A stretch of 64,000 bases of DNA from Octopus vulgaris (Eukaryota), in NCBI GenBank assembly GCA_951406725.2, contig OX597823.1, positions 14,508,001 through 14,572,000 on the forward strand. Reading direction: 5' to 3'. The stretch's first letter is position 1; each line of letters begins with the position of its first letter. Shown in pieces: positions 27,905-45,865 of this stretch. The notes beneath the pieces were generated by a model. The model ran no database searches. It saw only the letters and a list, made by a program, of their open reading frames with translations, and had not been told where the DNA came from. A program made the translations under genes and the position numbers.

Positions 27905-28299
27905 TTTCACTTGTTTCAGTCATTTGATTGCAGCCATGCTGGAGCACCGCCTTTAATCGAGCAACTCCACCCTAGGACTTATTCATTTGTAAGCCCAGTA
28001 CTTATTCTATCGGTCTCTTTTGCCGAACCGCTAAGAAACGGAGACATAAACACACCAGCATCGGTTGTCAAGCAATGCTAGGGGGACAAACACAGACACA
28101 CGAACACACACACATATAAATATATATACATATATACGACGGGCTTCTTTCAGTTTCCGTCTACCAAATCCACTCACAAGGCTTTGGTCGGCCCGAGGCT
28201 GTAGTAGAAGACACTTGCCCAAGGTGCCACGCAGCGGGACTGAACCCGGAACCCTGTGGTTGGTAAACAAGCTACTTACCACACAGCCACTCCTGCGCC
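27905..28299 (-). mobile_element. SINE type A, full length
   Basis: Consensus match. Confidence 0.9.
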
Positions 28300-28315
28300 T
28301 ATATACGTTTTGATA

Positions 28316-28391
<76 letters not shown>

Positions 28392-28711
28392 ATATATTAC
28401 TAAGTGTATGAACTGTTGTATGTAACTATGTTTTTGTCCATTTATCTGCAATTATGTGCGAGTGTGTGCGTGTGCATGTGTGTATATAAATCTTCCCGTC
28501 TGTCTACGAACATCACTAAACCTGCATACGCGCGTGTTTGCTAATAGACAACATAGTATCTGCATTTGTGTACGCGAATAAGTATGTATTATGTATGTGC
28601 GAATATACACACACACACACACACACACACATGCACCTCTCCCTCCCTCTCTCTCTCTCTTTCTCTCTGCATACAAATATATATATATATATATAGATAT
28701 AGATATATATA

Positions 28712-28765
<54 letters not shown>

Positions 28766-28836
28766 GATAAATAGATAGATGTATATAAACATATATGTAT
28801 ATATACATATATACACACACACACACACAAATACAT

Positions 28837-28878
<42 letters not shown>

Positions 28879-29116
28879 CAGGAATCGGATCGTAATCACC
28901 AATAACGAAATTTCATTCATTCAGAAAGAATTGATCAGGTAAAAGAATTGATCAGGTAAAATATAAAAATAAAACATGACCTCCGACTCCGAATTCTCTT
29001 AACTGCTCAACCTATTCATAGTATGTTAGTTTGTGGATTATTTATGTTTGTATGTATGTATGTATGTATGTATGTATGTATGTATGTATGTATGTATGTA
29101 TGTATGTATGTATGTA

Positions 29117-29147
<31 letters not shown>

Positions 29148-29715
29148 GTCTGTTTATCTATCTATCTATCTAATTATGTATATATGTCGTTATTCACTTT
29201 ATTTCAAAAGTTTTTGCCATAATAGAAAGAACTGGTTTCTGACCTAGATCCAAGGCTCCTCTTTTATCATTTCAATATCAACAACAGGGTATTTTTGCTT
29301 GTATGTATGTATGTATGTATGTATGTATGTATGTATGTATGTATGTATGTATGTATGTATGTATGTATGTATGTATGTATGTATGCATGTATGTATGTAT
29401 GCATGTATGTATGCATGTATGTATGCATGTATGTATGTATGTATGTATGTATGTATGTATGTATGTATGTATGAATGTGAGTGTGTATGTATGTATGTAT
29501 GTATGTATGTATGTATGTATGTATGTATGTATGTATGTATGCATGTATGTATGTATGCATGTATGTATGCATGTATGTATGTATGTATGTATGTATGTAT
29601 GTATGTATGTATGTATGTATGTATGTATGAATGTGAGTGTGTATGTATGTATGTATGTATGTATGTATGTATGTATGTATGTATGTATGTATGTATGTAT
29701 CTATCTATCTATCTA

Positions 29716-32892
<3,177 letters not shown>

Positions 32893-33196
32893 CTATGTCA
32901 TTATTCACCTTATTTCAAAATTTCTTGCCAATAAGGTTAGAACCGTTTTCTGACCTAGATCCAAAGTTCCTCCGTTGGAATTTCATCATCAACAACAGGG
33001 TATTTTTGCTTGTATGTATGTATGTATGAATGTATGTACGTACTTATGTATGTATGTCATTATTGAATTTTATTTCAAGATTTCTTGCCCGTAGAGAAAG
33101 AGCTGATTTCTAACCTAGATCCAAGACTCCCTCATTGGAATGTCAACGACATCAACAAAGTATGTATGTATGTATGTATGTATGTATGTATGTATG

Positions 33197-33227
<31 letters not shown>

Positions 33228-33286
33228 GTATGTGTGTGTGTGTCTGTGTGTGTGTGTGTGTGTGTGTCTGTCAGTCTGTCTGTCTG

Positions 33287-33317
<31 letters not shown>

Positions 33318-33366
33318 GTATGTATGTATGTGTGTGTGCATGTATGTATGTATGTATGCATGTGTG

Positions 33367-33669
33367 AAAGTCCTCGACCTAGTGGTTAAGGTGTTCGGCT
33401 CACAATCGTTAAGGTTGTGAGTTTGATACCCGGCGATACGTTGAGTCCTTGAGCAAGACACTTTATCTTACATTGTTCTAGTCCAGTCAGCTGGCAAAAA
33501 AAAAATGAGCAGTACCTGTAATTCAAAGGGCCAGCCTCTCTCCCTGAGTGTTATGTTAAAGGTAGACGTGTCTGTGGAGTACTCAGCCACTTGCACGTTA
33601 ATTTCACGAGAAGACTTTTCCGTTGGTCGGATCAATTGGAACTGTTGTCGTCGTAACCGACGGAGTGCC
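33367..33669 (+). mobile_element. CORE-type tRNA SINE type C
   Basis: tRNA head, TTGAGCAAGACACTTTA, tail CGTCGTAACCGACGG; other copies at 39458 and 56680. Confidence 0.75.
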
Positions 33670-33840
33670 AGATCTGTGTATATATGTGTGAGTTTGTGTG
33701 TATGTGTGTATGTGGGTGACTGTGCATGAGTAAGTAGCTGTGTGTGTGTGTTTTCTTCTGTATGGCGTCGTTGGTGATGTTTGTATTTGCGAGAGAGGTG
33801 GGGAAGATAGAAAGACAGAGAAAGAGAGTAAATGTGTGTC

Positions 33841-33888
<48 letters not shown>

Positions 33889-34488
33889 TGTATGAGAGAG
33901 AGAATGAGTGAGTGAGTGAGAGGGAGAGAGAGAGAACGATTTGGTGTATATGATTGGAATTGTGTTTCTGAGTGTGTATAACAGTATATATATTTCCTTT
34001 TGCATGGCGTGTATAAGCGCGCGAGAAACAATCTAGATGCATGTAAAAGAGAGAGACAAAGGGGGAGAGAGAGAGACAAAGGGAGAGAGAGAGACAAATG
34101 GAGAGAGAGAGAGACAAAGGGAGAGAGAGAGAGACAAAGGGAGAGTGCGTGACAAAGGGAGAGAGAGGGAGAGAGAGAGAGACAAAGGGAGAGAGACAGA
34201 GACAAAGGGAGAGAGACAGAGAGACAAAGGGAGGGAGAGAGACAGAGACAGAGACAGAAAGACAGAGACAAAGACAGTGACAGTGACAGAGAGAGGGAGA
34301 CAGACAGACAGACAGACAGAGAGACTGACACAGAGAGGAGAAAGAGACTGACACAGAGAGGAGAAAGAGAGCGAGAGAGAGATGTGCGAGCCATACATTG
34401 ACAGAGAGAGAGAGAGAGATGTACGTGCCATACATTGACAGAGAGAGAGAGAGAGGAGAGAGAGAGAGATGTACGTGCCATATATTGA

Positions 34489-34553
<65 letters not shown>

Positions 34554-35211
34554 AGTGTGTTACTTAGCGCGCTGGTTTTTGTCTGGTGATCTATTTTCTT
34601 GAAGAATGTTCTGTATGAAATATCTTATACATATGTGTGAATATGTAAAAACCTACGTACTTTTAAGTGTGTGTAACTATATGCCCGAGAATGTATGCGT
34701 CGCATCCGCAGCCGTGTCTGCTTGTATGCATTTTTGTGTCAATGCATACCTGCTTGTACAGTCAGGTCTGTATATGCGCACGTTACGTCATCTGCGTGTA
34801 TTACAGACACGGTGACATGCGCACATACAGAGCTGAATACGCAAGCAGGTGTGCATAGACACGCAGGTATGCTTATGCAGATAACATGCACACGCGAACA
34901 CACGTACACACACACACGTGCATAGACGCACGTGTATGTGTATGTGTGTTCGCGCGAGCATATGTCTGTGTAAGCAAGCCAATACCAGGATGTATCTGTG
35001 TCTACATGTATATGTGTGCGATGTGTGCGATGATACATTTAATAAATCGAGGGAGAGAGAGAGAGAAAGAGAGAGAGAGACAGAGAAAGAGGGAGAGAGA
35101 GAGAGAGAGAAAGAGGGAGAGAGAGGGAGAGAGAGAAAGAGAGAGAGACAGAGGCGTTACAGTTTTTCTTAATGGCCTTCATAACAGAGACGTGTGCATC
35201 AAACTCAGACT

Positions 35212-35521
35212 CTACCTGCACTCAGGTAATTAACTGCAGTTGGTAATACAGAGAACTGCAGAACAGTGCACATCCGTCACAAACGTTAGCGTCTCTTAAA
35301 TAGTTGATTTTTATCTTGCGACACAAAGCAATGCAGGCCAGTGCAGCTCTCAGCTGCACAGCAACCCAAACACTATCTGCACTCAGATGATTAACTGCAG
35401 CTGATAGTGCAGAGAAGTGCAAAACAGTGCACATCCGACACGAACACCAGCGTCTCTTAAATATTTTATTTAATCTTACGATACAAAGCAATGCAGTCCA
35501 GTGCAGCATTCAGCTGCACAG
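35212..35521 (+). repeat. Two diverged tandem units, period about 160 bp
   Basis: CTGCACTCAG..CAGCTGCACAG at ~35212 and ~35373. Confidence 0.7.
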
Positions 35522-35624
35522 TATAGTGCAAAGCGCATCAGTCACAAACATCATGTGCACTCGGGCATTTACTGTCACTTTGTAATATATTTCAGTGCAG
35601 TACTTTGCAGTATTCTGAAGCACA

Positions 35625-35843
35625 AGGCGGCGAGCTGGCCGAAACGTTTAGCACGCCGGGCGAAGTGCTTCGCGGTATTTCGCCCGTCGCTACGTTCTGA
35701 GTTCAAATTCCGCCGAGGTCGACTTTGCCTTTCAGCCTTTCGGGGTCGATAAATTAAGCACCAGTTACGCACTGGGGTCGATATAATCGACTTAATCCCT
35801 TTGTCATCTCTATGTTTAGCCCCTTGTGGGTAGTAAAGAAATA
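35625..35843 (+). mobile_element. Meta-like SINE with 16-bp TSD
   Basis: AGTATTCTGAAGCACA at 35609-35624 and 35844-35859. Confidence 0.92.
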
Positions 35844-36176
35844 AGTATTCTGAAGCACATTGTACATCAGTCACAACACTACCTTTATTCGGGTAGCTAT
35901 AGCCAAATTGTGATGCAGTTCAGTGCAGTACTTTGCAGCCTAATACAGTATATGGCCAGTACGGTACAGTTTAGTTCAGTATAGATCAGTCTCTCAAGTA
36001 CTAAACGCTACCTTGTAACAAGCGATTGACGGTTGTTATTTATACAACTCCGGTTAAATTTATCGATTCTTTTCCCCTTCTTCAGCAGCTGACAGTTATT
36101 ACACACACCTATACATCCCCGTGTACGGATACTTGTTATTTACACATTCTCACATATGATGATAATACTGATATGT

Positions 36177-36237
<61 letters not shown>

Positions 36238-37163
36238 CAAACACACATACACATACACACATACACATACAGGCAAAAAGACAGAAATACACACACGCAT
36301 ATAGACACGCTCATCAACATATATACACATGTACATAGACATATGCAGATGCACACACATATATACACATATATGCACACAGATAAAAAGGTATGCGCAT
36401 ATGTACACACGTCCACTAATATGCAAACGTATGTCTACACACATACATCCATACACGCAAACACACACATACATACACACACATACACGGGCATACATAG
36501 ATGCACGCATACATAAATACATTCTCACGCACAGACATACACATCTATACATTCACACACACATACCTTATCACACATAGAGACTGCCATTTTCTTTCTT
36601 TCTTCCTTTCTTTCTTTCTTTCTTTCGTTCTCTCTCTCACCTTCACTCCCTCTCTCTGAGCTTCTCACCCTTACTCTCTCCTTTACTTTTCTTTACCTTG
36701 TCTCGTTTCCTTCATTTAAACCTCTACATACATTCGTTATTTGTGTTCGCCTTAAAATAATATTTATACATACTTGTCCATACCCAGCGCATGTATGCAC
36801 ATTTTACTATGGTATGAGTCTTCCTGGTGATTTTGTGTGGTTAGTGCCAGTGATAAACACCTCATTGGTGAGACGACCTTCTTTATAGATATCTCATATG
36901 CAACCCCGGTGACACAACTAAGGCTCTATCTTTGTCAACTTTGTACAGAAAAGATAGACATCAGTTCTGAAAACGCGTCGAAACCTGAAGACATTGGTCA
37001 TTCAGGATTTCAAGACTGGACAACTCTTGTCGGCGAAGTTATTCAAGCAGATTCAGAACAACAAGGAGGCATCGTGGCTGGTTGTATTAAGGTTTTACTA
37101 TGTGCCTATGTGACTATGTGACTATGTGACTGCACATGTGACTATTTAGCTATGTGACTATAT

Positions 37164-37572
37164 ACTCTTTTACTCTTTTACTTGTTTCAGTCATTTGACT
37201 GCGGCCATGCTGGAGCACCGCCTTTAATCGAGCAACTCGACCCCAGGACTTATTCTTTTGTAAGCCCAGTACTTATTCTATCGGTCTCTTTTGCCGAACC
37301 GCTAAGTTACGGGGACATAAACACATCAGCATCGGTTGTCAAGCAATGCTAGGTGGATAAACACAGACACACACACACACACATACACACACACACGCAT
37401 ATATATATATACGACGGGCTTCTTTCAGTTTCCGTCTACCAAATCCACTCACAAGGCTTTGGTCGGCCCGAGGCTATAGTAGAAGACACTTGCCGAAGGT
37501 GCCACGCAGTGGGACTGAACCCGGAGCCATGTGGTTGATAAACAAGCTACTTACCACAGAGCCACTCCTGCG
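37164..37572 (-). mobile_element. SINE type A
   Basis: Consensus match. Confidence 0.9.
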
Positions 37573-38001
37573 TGTGAGGATTTGGCAATGTGACTATATG
37601 TGTGACTACGAGACTATGTTTTGTATGTGTAGCTCTGGGATTTCTATATGCGTCACTAAGTGACAGATAGTGTTACAATGTGACTAACCCACGATGTAAC
37701 TGTACGTTGTTAGGATTTTGGATATGTTAGTATATATCTGTACAACTGTATGATCATGTGCTACCATAAGATTTACGTGTTTCCATATGATTGTATGTGT
37801 TACTATATCACAGTGCGACTACACATTATTTAACAGCACATGTTTTTCTGTGACTGTTATTACACAACTGTATGTGACAAAATGATTTGCATGTATTACT
37901 ACGGAAAACGTTTTTAAAAAGAATAGTGTTGTAGATAAGTATACGTGTGTATCTCTCTCTCTCTCTCTCTCTCTTTGTATATACATACACATGCATATAT
38001 G

Positions 38002-38039
<38 letters not shown>

Positions 38040-38278
38040 ATATAGAGGGCATTATTATACATACATGCCACACGCTAAGAGGGACAAAATTAGTCATTTC
38101 TACCAAAAATTTTACTAATCCCACCGAATGCAATTTTTCAAAGTAAGACATTTAAAAATATACACTTGTATCACCTGTGATTTCATACCTCTGTATTCAT
38201 CAGCAAGCCTGGACGTATCATAAATAAACGACCCTACCTCGTCTAAGCCGAGCAGCTAACTGATCAACATCAACGAAG

Positions 38279-38368
<90 letters not shown>

Positions 38369-38371
<3 letters not shown>

Positions 38372-39057
38372 GGTGCTGTGAATATATTGTCTAAATTAAG
38401 CAAAAGTGAAAATAGCACTGACACCTCATTTTAACAGATATATTTACCAGAATTACATAAAAATATCTTGAAATACTAAAGAGTAAATTTATTCAATAAA
38501 ATCGCCATTGGCTTCAATCACGGCCTCCAGACGACTTCGGAATATTCTGCAGCTCTTCTGGATGGTCTCCTTGTTTAGTTGGTGAATGCTGCCATAATCC
38601 TTGCCGTCGCCTAATATTTGGTGTTACAAGGAGTTTTGTTGGTCTCTCGCTCAACTGTGCGGCACACGTAATAATTAAAGGGGTTGCAGTCTGGGGACTT
38701 AGGTGGCCAGATGTTAGGGGTGACGTGGTCACGGAAATTGTCTGACAGCCATGACTGGGTTCTCCTATTAGTGTGGCATGGTGCAGAGTCCTGTTGCCAG
38801 ACATAGGGGGCTTCCAGCAGCCACCCACTTGACCCAGGGCAGCACTAGCTCCTCCAGGCACTTGATGTAGCCCTCCATCTTGAGTCTGAGACCGTGTGAG
38901 AAAATGAATGGAGGCAGAACGTTGCCATCACTAGTGATGTTGACTGGATATTTGACTTTTATGTACGTGTTTTGGGGACAAGGAAAGCCAACGGTTGTTC
39001 TGTATGTTCAGCATCTGAACTTGGCAGCAATTTTTCTCGTCTGAGAAAAACCAAAGT
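38369..39057 (-). mobile_element. maT (DD37D) transposase relic with one terminus
   Basis: WFFSDEKN..QNNRW, QQDSAPCHT..IWPPKSPDCNPFNY (37 residues between the 2nd D and the 3rd position, now N), RLEAVIEANGDFIE*; TA|CAGGGTG end. Confidence 0.85.
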
Positions 39058-39457
39058 ATGTAAATATTATAAGCGGCTCATACAACACATACTATATAAT
39101 ACATACGTCACAGGCGCCCGCTCACACATAATGAACACAAGGAAATTTTTACTCAACGCGTTAATCAACTCGAAGCTATAATAAATGAGATTTTCCCAAC
39201 GAGATGCACTGTGGGTTCGCTTCAAGAATTACATGGTTAAGTGGCAAATTTTAATCTTAGGGCCTGGATATGTTTTCGTATTCAGAATTTTATTTTGGGA
39301 TTTTATATTTATTTATCATTATTTTTCTTTTTGGAATGCACAGCTCAGTGAATTCATGTCTCGCCTCATGAAATGTTATGTGAAAATAAAGGCAGAACAC
39401 AGCATATCAACCTCTGTTGAAGCTTTACGAACAGAGACGTGTTCAGCTAGCACTCAG

Positions 39458-39935
39458 ACGGTTACGACGACGAGGGTTCCAGTACAAGCGTAGCTAGTGG
39501 GGGTGGGGTGGCAGGGGTAGTCCGCCCCGGGCAGCACTTATAAAGAAGCGGATACTCTTGGGTCTGCCGTAGGCAATATTGGTGTTTGTGAGATCCGGGG
39601 ACAGCAAATGGAAGGGTCGCCCCGGGCGGCACACACTCTAACTACGCTAATGAGTTCCAGTTGATCCGATCGACGGAGCAGCCTGCTCGTGAAATTAACC
39701 TGCAAGCGGTTGAGCACTCCACAGACATGCGTATCCTTAGTGTAGTTCTGAGGGAAATTCAGCGTGACACAGAATGTGACAAAGCCGACCATTTAAATTA
39801 CAGGTACTCCTCATTTTTGCCAGCTGAATTGACTGGTGCAACGTGAAATAAAGTGCCTTGCTCAAGGAGACAATGCGCTATCGGGAATCGAAATCACGAC
39901 CTGACGATCGTAAGCCGAATGCTCCTAACCACTAG
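39458..39935 (-). mobile_element. SINE type C interrupted by a hAT-type MITE (39483-39652)
   Basis: MITE with AGCGTAG(C/T)TAG TIRs and 8-bp TSD GGTTCCAG/AGTTCCAG. Confidence 0.75.
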
Positions 39936-40453
39936 GCATCACTTGGAGAGTCGTGCCATAGCAGAGAATGATAATATCGTTGTTTTGCTTCCATAGTTAG
40001 GATAATTCACTTCTTGGCATAAAGTGAAAAATAATAAGTAACAAATCTAATGATACAAAAGAGGTGACAAGTGTATAACACAAACAAGACATTTCACAGA
40101 GATGTCGTCTCCTAAGACTACACATTCAATACTATCTGCGTGGACTCTTACACCATCTAAAGAATCAAATATTTCAAACAAAATGCAATTTCAAAAGAAA
40201 TCATATATATTCATACCTATCCATAAACTTCCAACCAACAAACAGTTTTCAAAATAACCGTGGAATTTTCACTGTTATTGTTAGTATATAATATGGTGCT
40301 GCTGTCTATGTAGGTAACACTGTTACGAAATCGTGGATTTAGTATAATAATAAACATGGCATTTATAGTATTCATATGACTATTTATTAATAAACTACGG
40401 AACGAAATCGAAGATATAACCTATCATAAAGACCTAATATATTATTATTATAA

Positions 40454-40526
<73 letters not shown>

Positions 40527-40603
40527 GTCAAGGTGCATTTGCCTGAGAATTAAATCTTTTAAATTAACTGTTATAGACATACATACATATAGACATACAT
40601 ACA

Positions 40604-41070
40604 GGCGCAGGAGTGGCTGTGTGGTAAGTAGCTTGTTTACCAACCACATGGTTCTGGGTTCAGTCCCACTGCGTGGCAGGCGCAGGAGTGGCTGTGTGTT
40701 AAGTAGCTTGTTTACCAACCACATGGTTCTGGGTTCAGTCCCACTGCGTGGCACCTTGGGCAAGTGTCTTCTACTATAGCCTCGGGCCAACCAAAGCCTT
40801 GTGAGTGGATTTGGTAGACGGAAACTGAAATAAGCCCGTCGTATATATGTATATATATATATATATGTATATGCATGTCTGTGTTTGTCCCCCCAGCATT
40901 GCTTGACAACCGATGCTGGTGTGTTTATGTCCCCGTTACTTAGCGGTTCGGCAAAAGAGACCGATAGAATAAGTACTGGGCTTACAAAAGAATAAGTCCC
41001 GGGGTCGAGTTGCTCGATTAAAAGGCGGTGCTCCAGCATGGCCGCAGTCAAATGACTGAAACAAGGTAAA
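40604..41070 (+). mobile_element. SINE type A with tandemly duplicated 75-bp head
   Basis: Head starts at 40604 and again at 40679. Confidence 0.9.
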
Positions 41071-41143
41071 AAAAAATAATTAAAAAAAATACACATAGAT
41101 ACATACATACATACATACATACACACATACGTACGTACGTATA

Positions 41144-41528
41144 TGGCTGTGTAGTTTGTTTACCAGTCACATGGTTCCGAGTTCAGTCCCACTGCGTGGC
41201 ATTTAGGGCAAGTGTCTTCTGCTATAACCTCGGACCGATCAAAGCCTTGTGTGTAGATTTGGTGGATGGAAACTGACAGAAGCCTGTTGTGTATATATAT
41301 TTTTGTATATGTATTTATGTGTGTGTATGTGTTTCTACCCCCACCATCGCTTGACAACTGATGTTGGTGTGTGTACGAGCCCGAAGCTTAGCGGTTCTGC
41401 AAAAGAGACCGATAGAATAAGTAACTAGGCTCACAAAGAACAAGTCCTGGGGGTCGATTCGTTCGACTAAGGGCGGCGCTCCAGCATGGCCGCAGTCATA
41501 TGACTGAAACAAATATACGAATAAAAGA
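41144..41528 (+). mobile_element. SINE type A (older)
   Basis: Consensus match. Confidence 0.85.
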
Positions 41529-41544
41529 ATACACACACATACAT

Positions 41545-41588
<44 letters not shown>

Positions 41589-41667
41589 CCTTTTACGTAA
41601 ATTTATATACAAAATTAATTTAACATCAAACAGAAGAATTATTCAATACTTTTTTACACGTTGAATA

Positions 41668-42093
41668 CTCTCTTTACTCTTTTACTTGTTTCAGTCATTT
41701 GACTGCAGCCATGCTGGAGCACCGCCTTTAGCCGAGCAAATCGACCCCGGGACTTATTCTTTGTAAGCCCAGTACTTATTCTATCGGACTCTTTTGCCGA
41801 ACCGCTAAGTGACGGGGACGTAAACACACCAGCATCGGTTGTCAAGCAATGCTAGGTGGACAAACACAGACATACAAACACACAAACACACAAACACACA
41901 AACACACACACATATATATATACATACATACGACAGTCTTCTTTCAGTTTCCGTCTACCAAATCCACTCAAAAGGCATTAGTCGGCCCGGGGCTATAGCA
42001 GAAGACACTTGCCCAAGATGCCACGCAGTGGGACTGAACCCGGAACCATGTGGTTGGTTAGCAAGCTACTTACCACACAGCCACTCCTGCGCC
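41668..42093 (-). mobile_element. SINE type A
   Basis: Consensus match. Confidence 0.9.
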
Positions 42094-42204
42094 TGAATGT
42101 TGACAGTGACTTCGAACTTTCCACTTGCTCGCTGTCATCAGTCACGTCTTAGAGTAGCAGCTACAGTACTTCGCTCATTGAGATTGTGGGTTCAACTTTA
42201 CTCA

Positions 42205-42481
42205 TCACAAATGTAAATAAACCCAACCTGTTTCTTAAACGAGGGACATATTCATACGGTACAGAATGTTTTTTTTTTTGCCTCAATAGACGTATTTGAT
42301 TGGTTGAAATTTCAGAAATTGAAAAAAACAACAACAAATATCTTACAAACTATAGAATTTTCTCAATAAAGCCAAGAGAAAAAGATGTTTTATAAAACAC
42401 ATTCTACCAGTATACGAAGTTTAAAATTTTTTAGTTACCTAGAAATTATGTTAAAAACTGCCGTCCAAACCGAAAAGATCC
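42205..42481 (+). mobile_element. Right half of the Merlin-like MITE
   Basis: Matches 19430-19702; ends AAAAGATCC. Confidence 0.85.
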
Positions 42482-43290
42482 AGAAAATAACCTTTAGGTA
42501 TGTTGCTAACATTCATGCCATAGACTAATGATATGCACAGATTATCTCTCCGATGTCGTTCCATAGTTAAGATTATTTTTAAGCGTTTGCTATACAAATG
42601 ATTCGCCCAGCAATCTTCAAATAATTTTCATACATAGTCATAAGGGACGGCCGACACAAAATAAACCATGATTTTCTCAAGAACCATTGTATGTAGCTCA
42701 TTCGACAGCGCATTCACTTCTTATCATAAAGCTAAAAATAAGAGATAAATCTCTTGGTAGAAGTGGTGAATAATCTATAACAAAGAATATTGTTTTCAAA
42801 GACGTTCTCTCCAATGACTACGTATTCGATGTTACATCTCAAGAAATAAATACTTCAGAAAAAATTAGAATTCCAAAAGAAATTATGCATTTCATGGTTT
42901 TCCATACTCTTCCAACAATCTTATCTTTTTCGCTATAACAGGGGAAATTCCTCGAGTGCATATACACACACATAAGTGTCCATATGTGTATGTATGTATG
43001 TATGTATGTATGTATGTATGTATGTATGTATGTATGTATGTATGTATGTATTATGTATGTATGCATGTATGTATGTATGCATGCATGTATGTATGTATGT
43101 ATGTATGTATGTATGTATTATGTGTGTATGTATGTATGCATGTATGTATGTATTATGTGTGTATGTATGTATGTATGTATGTATGTATGCATGCATGCAT
43201 GTATGTATGCATGCATGTATGTATGTATGTATGTATGTATGTATGTATGTATGTATGTATGTATGTGTGTATGTATATATGTATGTATAT

Positions 43291-43490
43291 GTGACCGCGT
43301 TTGTATCGTTGGCGATTTTATTTCCTCTGTCTTCCATTCTCTGGATCTTTCCTTCTCCTATGTTTCCGACGAAGAGCTCCGCTCGAAACGTTAAACCCTC
43401 CTTCTTTCCTTCTTTCCTGAGCGTCCAATAATACTTTATTTGTTCCACGTCCTCGTGTTGTTGTGTCTTTTTGTGTTTTCTTGTTTGGAT

Positions 43491-43495
<5 letters not shown>
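43291..43495 (+). mobile_element. ~200-bp hammerhead mini-element
   Basis: GUUU-CCGACGA-A-GAGC-UCC-GCUC-GAAA-CG-UU-AAAC at 43362-43396; ends in (TA)n. Confidence 0.7.
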
Positions 43496-43545
<50 letters not shown>

Positions 43546-43678
43546 GTATGTATATGTAAAAAAAAATACAAACTGGGACAAGAACGCAAAACATTTAGAA
43601 GACGATACAAAAAACATGGACGGGACATTCGAAGCCTTCAATCTTCAGTCAAGAACCGGATCATCCTCGCAATTTCGG

Positions 43679-43726
<48 letters not shown>

Positions 43727-43999
43727 GACCATGGCTTAGTTGGCCGAAACTTCGAAGTTACTATCAACAACATTTATTGTTTAAGAATAATAAATTTGTA
43801 CTCTACAAAAGTATAGAGTTACCCATCGGATTAATATAAAGCATTAATATGTAAGTACATTGGCGGCTCGTGTATAGCCACCGCGGAGCTGAAGCTACCC
43901 CCCCCCATTTCCACTCGATATTATCGATAACATTGAATATAATGAGTCCTTTTTTCTTTAATTCTTTCTTTATACTTATACATTATATAATCCTAATGC

Positions 44000-44055
<56 letters not shown>

Positions 44056-44057
<2 letters not shown>

Positions 44058-44262
44058 CGGGAAGCTTTATGAAAATAAACAAAGGACGAAGGCAGGTGGA
44101 ATACAAACAAACAATTGTATTAGTATGGCGCTCAGGAATATAAATAAAACAAGTCTTTTACGTTTCGAGCCTACGCTCTTCAACAGAAAGATACACAGAA
44201 AAGAAACACGGAAAGAAACAAGGAGAGAAAAAAAATGCGTGCAGAAGCTAGCGAATCAACAT
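44056..44262 (-). mobile_element. ~200-bp hammerhead mini-element
   Basis: UCUUU-CUGUUGA-A-GAGC-GUAG-GCUC-GAAA-CG-UA-AAAGA at 44191-44154; (TA)n flanks. Confidence 0.7.
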
Positions 44263-44270
44263 AGTATATA

Positions 44271-44325
<55 letters not shown>

Positions 44326-44525
44326 ATTCTTTTATTGTTAATGGTTATTTTCAATACTTTTCTCGCTGGATTACATGTTCGTGTCTCTTTTTGTCATCTG
44401 CGATTTTATTTCTAATCTTTTATATATCTGTACATTTTTTTCCTCCGTCTGGCTGTTTTTTCTCTCTACAAAACGGGAAGTTGCATTGTGGAATTGTCAT
44501 TTTAACGAGTTGTTTTTATTCATTT

Positions 44526-44628
44526 ATCACCCGACGAGATACATCTGCACAACCGGAAGGTCCTAAACCAGATGTTGAGTGTCCCAGCCAAGAGGAATCG
44601 ATGCTAGATGTGTCGAAACAATTGTGAT
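44526..44628 (+). ncRNA. Degenerate hammerhead with extended stem II
   Basis: AUCAC-CCGACGA-GAUACAUCU..AGAUGUGUC-GAAA-CAAUU-GUGAU, followed by AATAAA. Confidence 0.5.
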
Positions 44629-44756
44629 TAATAATAAATTCTCGTGTTTTGCACCTTCTGTCTTTCATTTATTGTATGTGTATATATATATATATATATA
44701 TACATGTGTGTGTGTGTGTGTGTGTATGTGTGTGTGTGCGTGTGTGTGTGTGTGTA

Positions 44757-44938
44757 GGCGTGGGCATGGCTGTGTAGTAAAAAGCTTGATTCCCAACCAC
44801 ATGGTTCCGGGTTCAGTCCCACCGTGTGAACGTTGGGCAAGTGTTTTCTACTATAGTTTCGGGCAACCAAGCCCTTGTGAGTGGATTTGGTAGGAAATTG
44901 AAAAAAGACTGTCGTATATGTATATGTATGTATGTATG

Positions 44939-44972
<34 letters not shown>

Positions 44973-45623
44973 TGTATGTGTGTATGTATGTATGTATGTA
45001 TATATATATATATATATATATTAACGATATATATATAAATATATATATGTTCAGTCCCACCGTGTGACACGTTGGGCAAGTGTCTTCTGCTGTAGCCCCG
45101 GGCCGACCAATGCCTTGTGAGTGGATTTGGTAGGCGGAAACTGGAAGAAGCCTGTCGTATATATGTATATATATATTTATGTGTGTGTCTTTGTGTCTGT
45201 GTTTGTCTCCCCACCATCACTTGACAACCGATGGTGGTGTGTATATGTCCCCGTAACAAAGCCGTTCACCAGAAGAGACCGATAGAATAAGTACTAGAGT
45301 ACTAGACTTACAAAAGAATAAGTCCTGGGGTTCATTCCATCAACTAAAAGCCTTTAAGGCGGTGCTCCAGCATGGCTGCAATCAAATGACTGAAACGAGT
45401 AAAACTATAGAATATATATATATATTCTTTTATTCTTTTATTTGTTTCAGTCATTTGACTACGGCCATGCTGGAGCACCACCATTAGTCGAACAAATCGA
45501 CCCTAGGACTTATTCTTTGTAAGCCAAGTACTTACTACCGTCTCTTCTGCCGAACCGCTGAGTTGTAGGTACGTAAACACACTAACAAAGGTTATCAAGC
45601 GATGATGGGTGGACACAGACACA

Positions 45624-45715
<92 letters not shown>

Positions 45716-45865
45716 CGACGGGCTTCTTTCAGCTTCCGTCTATCAAATCCATTCACAAGGCTTTAGTCGGCCCGACGCTACAGTAGAAGACACTTGCTCA
45801 AGGTGCCACTCAGGACTGAACCTAGAACCGTATGGTTTGTAAGCAAGCTATTTACCGCACAGCCA

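Noticed and set aside
43560-43680. Additional hammerhead on the minus strand (AGCCGAAATTGCG..)
   Set aside because: Truncated by (TA)n upstream of GAAA, with no CUGANGA half visible; at most a tail fragment.
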